From: Nitrospirota bacterium
GTDB lineage: Bacteria > Nitrospirota > Nitrospiria > Nitrospirales > Nitrospiraceae
Assembly: GCA_963701855.1 (NCBI GenBank)
Contig: CAVPBK010000011.1
Location: 64,001 to 128,000 of the forward strand
Direction: 5' to 3'
DNA length: 64,000 nucleotides
The notes beneath the pieces are model-generated. The model made no database searches, had not been told where the DNA came from, and saw only the letters and a list, made by a program, of their open reading frames with translations. A program made the translations under genes and the position numbers. Shown here piece by piece: positions 60,110 through 64,000 of the stretch; the first letter of the stretch is position 1; every line of letters starts with the position of its first letter.

Positions 60110-61636
60110 TCAAACCTTCTTTTCTTGTGGTTCACTGCCTAGATCATTCGCAATCAGTCGGAATTGTTCCAAAGCTGCTTCGAGGTCGTCGACGATTTCT
60201 TGGGCGATGATGTCGGGGTTAGGAAGATTTGCGGAGTCTTCTAGGGAGTCGTCTTTGAGCCAGAAGATGTCGAGGCTGGCTTTGTCGCGGCCGATGAGCT
60301 CGTCGTAGTCGTAGGCACGCCAACGGCCATCTAGTTTCTTGTCGGACCAGGTGGCTTTGCGGGTGTGGCGGTTGCCGGCCTGTTTGTCGGGCCGGTCGTG
60401 ATGGCCGTTGTAGCATTTCACGAATTCGTCCAGGTCTTCGCGCTTGAGCGGATCGGTCTTGAGCGTGAAGTGCTGGTTGGTGCGGAGGTCGTAGATCCAG
60501 AGCTTCTTGGTCCAGGGACTCTCGCTCGCCGGTTTTTTGTCGAAGAAGAGCACGTTGGCTTTCACACCCTGCGCATAGAAGAGGCCGGTCGGCAGGCGCA
60601 GGAGTGTGTGCACGTCGCACTCGTGCAAAAGCTTGCGCCGGACGGTTTCTCCCGCGCCACCTTCGAAGAGAACGTTGTCAGGCACCACGACTGCGGCGCG
60701 GCCATTCTGCTTCAGCAACGTTTTGACATGCTGGACGAAGTTGAGTTGCTTGTTGGAGGTCGTCGCCCAGAAGTCGTCACGCTCGACGATGTCCCGTTCC
60801 TTAGAGACCTGCCCTTCTTCCCCCACAATGGTCGTGCTGCTTTTCTTCCCAAAGGGTGGATTAGTCATCACGATGTCGAACCGATCGCCCGGATCAGCGG
60901 CCAAGGAATCGGCCACAACGATGGGCAGGTCTTTGTCGCTTCCGATCCCGTGGAGCATCATGTTCATCGCGCAGAGTCGTGCAGTGCTTTGGACCAATTC
61001 CCATCCCTTGAACGTGCCTTGCTTCAGTTGTCGCTTTTCGTCCTTAGTCAGGTTGGGATAATGCTTCACGATGTAGTCATGTGCAGCCAGGAAAAATCCG
61101 CCGGTTCCACAGGCCGGGTCGCAGATGGTCTCGCCGGACTTCGGGGCAATGGCCTCCACCATCGCGGCGATTAGCGGGCGCGGTGTGAAGTACTGTCCCG
61201 CGCCGGACTTGGTGTCTTGCGCGTTCTTTTCCAGCAAGCCCTCGTAGGCATCCCCTTTCACATCGGCGCTCATCGTGGACCAATCTTCTTTGTCGATCAG
61301 ATCCACAATCAGCCGCCGCAGCTTGACGGGGTCTTGAAACTTATTCTGGGCCTTCGTAAAGATCAGGCCGAGCATGCCTTTCCCTTTGCCAAGCTCTTCA
61401 AGGAGATGGCGGTAGTGGTCGAAGAGGTCGTCGCCGTCCCTCTTCAGCAGGCTGGGCCAACTGTACTTGTCGGGAATCTGGCTGGGCTGATTGTACGGCG
61501 GCTTGGTCCGCTCGTCGGCCATCTTGAGAAACAGCAGATACGTCAACTGTTCCACATAGTCGCCGTAGCTCATCCCATCGTCGCGGAGGACGTTGCAGTA
61601 GTTCCAGAGTTTTTGAACGATTTGGTTATTTCTCAT
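60110..61636 (-). CDS. hsdM: Type I R-M methyltransferase subunit
   Basis: IVQKLW..CNVLRDDG, YVEQLTYLLFLKM, GQYFTPR, DPACGTGGF, NPPF. Confidence 0.96.
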   Translation of the reverse strand: MRNNQIVQKLWNYCNVLRDDGMSYGDYVEQLTYLLFLKMADERTKPPYNQPSQIPDKYSWPSLLKRDGDDLFDHYRHLLEELGKGKGMLGLIFTKAQNKFQDPVKLRRLIVDLIDKEDWSTMSADVKGDAYEGLLEKNAQDTKSGAGQYFTPRPLIAAMVEAIAPKSGETICDPACGTGGFFLAAHDYIVKHYPNLTKDEKRQLKQGTFKGWELVQSTARLCAMNMMLHGIGSDKDLPIVVADSLAADPGDRFDIVMTNPPFGKKSSTTIVGEEGQVSKERDIVERDDFWATTSNKQLNFVQHVKTLLKQNGRAAVVVPDNVLFEGGAGETVRRKLLHECDVHTLLRLPTGLFYAQGVKANVLFFDKKPASESPWTKKLWIYDLRTNQHFTLKTDPLKREDLDEFVKCYNGHHDRPDKQAGNRHTRKATWSDKKLDGRWRAYDYDELIGRDKASLDIFWLKDDSLEDSANLPNPDIIAQEIVDDLEAALEQFRLIANDLGSEPQEKKV

Positions 61637-61708
61637 CAATATTCTACAGATAATCCCTTTGCCGCATGGGGGATAGCGTTGCAAAACAGAAACTACGGCA
61701 CTCTGGCC

Positions 61709-62134
61709 CTACCTTGCTCCTGAGAACAAGACTCGCTTGATGAAGCTTTCGTCTACATATGAAAATGACTGCGGCACTTTAAAGCCGCTACGCACTTCTG
61801 TAGGTTCAAGCTCCTTTTTGAGTCTCACAGCACGCCGGAGTGATATGAAGACAGCGGACTCTGACCCAGAAAAGTATGCCTTAAATGCACTCCTGGAAAT
61901 TCCTGCAGCCTGTCTGGTCTGTCTCCATGTCGCCGACACAGATGCCGCTGTTACTCTGACGACCTCAGCTATCCCCACTATCTTCTTCACTGGCGAAGTA
62001 GAGTAGATCACAACGTGCGTTATATCCTGTCGCAACCGAGATCTCCTGAACTCGTATTTCTTGCTTCCCTCAAGAATACGATTTGCATAGATGGGCTTAA
62101 TCGGCAAAAAAGCAATTACCGAGTCGGCACTCAT
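61709..62134 (-). CDS. ASCH-domain protein
   Basis: IKPIYANRILEGSKKYEFRR (GxKxxExR), IYSTSP...IVG, PQSF.Y. Confidence 0.88.
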   Translation of the reverse strand: MSADSVIAFLPIKPIYANRILEGSKKYEFRRSRLRQDITHVVIYSTSPVKKIVGIAEVVRVTAASVSATWRQTRQAAGISRSAFKAYFSGSESAVFISLRRAVRLKKELEPTEVRSGFKVPQSFSYVDESFIKRVLFSGAR

Positions 62135-63578
62135 CCACGACCTTCCGAAACGCTTCATTAGATATTTTTCTGATTGTCTGGATTTGCCCATTCACTACCC
62201 CTTGCTCAGATAACCAGTTAGAGGGAATCACATTCTGAAGGTGAGCTGCTAACCGAAACAATATTACTTTCGTCTTTTTCTCTGCGATCTTCACAATATC
62301 GTCGTAAGAGTACACTGTTCGCTTTGAAACAAGCTGCAAAATTTTGTCGTGATCCTGGTACTCATGGACCGACTCTACAACGCCAATGCTTGTAATGGCT
62401 TGGATATCCTGAGATCTGTAGAAAAACAGAATGTCTCCCGACTTAATACCGCTGATTCTCGCGTGGCAAAGATATGCCTGCTTAATCGCGTGCCCTGCAC
62501 TTGATGGGCCAAAGAGGCTTGGTTGAATTTGGATTTCCGGGAAAAGGACTTTGTGATACTCAGGACGAATAGGCACGATGTACTTACCGACTTCTCTACT
62601 GCTGAGAATATGGGGATAGAAGAGACGATGGTATTCGAGTGGAGGAAGCGCAACCTCAGGTGGGTGTAAGGGATGCTCCTTCACAAAGACATGATCGTTT
62701 TGGTATTCACCAAATATTGTGAAGCCAAAATCGGCACAGAGGTCCTCAAGAAAGTCTTGTTTGCCTGGCCTCATAGTGATGTAGATATGCTTTAGCCGGT
62801 TGTTCGTCGCATAGCGAAACGCTGCTTTTAGTAGAAGTTCGCCGAGCTTACGGCCACGTGCCTGTTCAGCAACTTTGAATGTGCATAGCTTGAGTGTCCT
62901 TCCAGGCAATGCCTGGTTGTCATTGGTCACGATTGGATCGCGCTCTTCCTTGAAGATTGCTATAGCTCCCGGATTTCCATCGGAATCACGATATACCCAA
63001 GCCGTCCGCCCTTCCCTAGCTTTTTCCTGATACCACTTGTCAAATTTGTAATCACTCCTCAGGGAATCGAAAAACGAATTCTCCAAATCAATCTGGTGCA
63101 GCGGAACCTCTTCGATACTGGGCAGAACAACTCCAACGCGCGCGTGGAGGTGTTCTAGGAAGGATGTAGCTTGCTGGATGTAGTGAACTCGGTCAGCAAT
63201 TCCGATTTGCAATGCTTTCTTGTGAAGCTCTCGGTCCTCGGTAATGAGGATGTTGGCAGCATCGCGATAAAGGGCATAGAGGATCTCATTATCGACCCGG
63301 TCGTTGTCATCGCGTTCTATAAGCCCTAGCTTAGACAGTTCTGCGGCAGCTGGTCTTGGCGGATTCCCCAGAGTGGAGTACTTGCGAAGCCGCGACAGGC
63401 TGATGTCGCGGCGCTTCTTGTCTGGGTCACGGGCTATGTCGTCATTGGAGGACGGGTGTGCGAGGAGCTGATGTCCATTCTCGCTTGCAAGACGGACCAG
63501 TTTGCTAAGGCTCTCTTCAAGAACACGAGTTGAATCTTCCAGGGGAATTACAACATTGGTATCAATGAGGATTCTCAA
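62097..63578 (-). CDS. PIN-GNAT-EVE/PUA fusion protein
   Basis: PIN ILIDTNVV...DNEIL...LITEDR; GNAT LKLCTFKV...RGRKLGELLLK; C-terminal PUA-like PIRPEYH..LFPE, KQAYLC, GDILFFYRS. Confidence 0.85.
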   Translation of the reverse strand: MRILIDTNVVIPLEDSTRVLEESLSKLVRLASENGHQLLAHPSSNDDIARDPDKKRRDISLSRLRKYSTLGNPPRPAAAELSKLGLIERDDNDRVDNEILYALYRDAANILITEDRELHKKALQIGIADRVHYIQQATSFLEHLHARVGVVLPSIEEVPLHQIDLENSFFDSLRSDYKFDKWYQEKAREGRTAWVYRDSDGNPGAIAIFKEERDPIVTNDNQALPGRTLKLCTFKVAEQARGRKLGELLLKAAFRYATNNRLKHIYITMRPGKQDFLEDLCADFGFTIFGEYQNDHVFVKEHPLHPPEVALPPLEYHRLFYPHILSSREVGKYIVPIRPEYHKVLFPEIQIQPSLFGPSSAGHAIKQAYLCHARISGIKSGDILFFYRSQDIQAITSIGVVESVHEYQDHDKILQLVSKRTVYSYDDIVKIAEKKTKVILFRLAAHLQNVIPSNWLSEQGVVNGQIQTIRKISNEAFRKVVDECRLGNCFFAD

Positions 63579-63602
63579 AGCCTGAGACTTCCAGGAGCTG
63601 GC

Positions 63603-64000
63603 TCACGTTTCATTGCTTCGCCCAGATAGCAAACGGCCAGCAAAAGCCTGGCTAAGGATTGATTGTCGCAGCCGGTCGGCGCGGGTGAGGTTGGTTTGGA
63701 CGGTGGCTTCGAGTTCCTCGATGACGGATAGGCGGCGCTCGACTTCGGCGATGATTTGCTCTTGCTCTACCACCTGAGGAATATCGAGCGGTAACACTTT
63801 GAGATCACCGCCTGAGATCCCAGATTGTCCAGCCGTGGTCCGAATCTTCGACTCAATGTATTCGCGCGCGCGGCCAGTCGAGGCGAGGATCACCAAGAAC
63901 TCGGGAAGCATCATCAAGCGGGGGACACGAACTCGTATCAGCTTGTCTGGGTAAACCGTGGGAGGCAGGTTTGCCGGCACTCGTGCGCACACGCCAACAT
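63603..64000 (-). CDS. hsdS: Type I R-M specificity subunit, 3' part (runs off the right edge)
   Basis: TTAGQSGIS, EQEQII.EVERRLS...LRQSILSQAFAGRL. Confidence 0.92.
   Translation of the reverse strand, partial: VGVCARVPANLPPTVYPDKLIRVRVPRLMMLPEFLVILASTGRAREYIESKIRTTAGQSGISGGDLKVLPLDIPQVVEQEQIIAEVERRLSVIEELEATVQTNLTRADRLRQSILSQAFAGRLLSGRSNET

Noticed and set aside
1..64000. tRNA/rRNA genes, prophage, integrase, T1SS transporter, sigma-54 promoters
   Set aside because: None recognisable; TGGCAC words at 5981 and 10635 lack a correctly spaced TTGC.

Overview
Bacterial chromosomal window. Gene families and intergenic repeat style suggest Nitrospira/Nitrospirota (inference). (1) 1-28.7 kb is an accessory island on the minus strand. 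It holds an array of RTX (GGxGxD Ca2+-binding) proteins: one intact 1203-aa gene, two frameshifted genes and a 21-codon stub cut by a defective IS30. It also holds a ~3,070-codon lipase-RTX-cadherin gene split by three frameshifts and preceded by two exported proteins (candidate immunity/anchor genes), a RAYT-type HUH transposase with terminal inverted repeats, GT9 and GT4 glycosyltransferases and a DUF3467-like gene. No T1SS transporter is in the window. (2) 29-51 kb: an AbiEii-type TA pair, then housekeeping genes (CPA1 antiporter, PIG-L deacetylase, lipA, pdhC, pdhB, pdhA, Rieske ferredoxin, Mrp/ApbC, desaturase, putA, CDF transporter, SDR, bioD, thiE, AKR), interspersed with a modular family of structured repeats. 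(3) 51-60 kb: small regulatory, secreted and stress genes (PilZ, XRE, receiver, Sel1, BON, CsbD, DUF1328, CPXCG, DLH). (4) 59.8-64 kb: an orphan Fic-antitoxin-like gene with a convergent Fic C-terminal remnant, and a type I R-M locus with a PIN-GNAT-EVE/PUA gene plus an ASCH gene embedded between hsdS and hsdM. Best candidates for new biology are the R-M-embedded PIN-GNAT-EVE+ASCH module and the lipase-RTX with upstream partner genes. All family calls come from motif recognition by eye, not database searches. No rRNA, tRNA or CRISPR array was seen.
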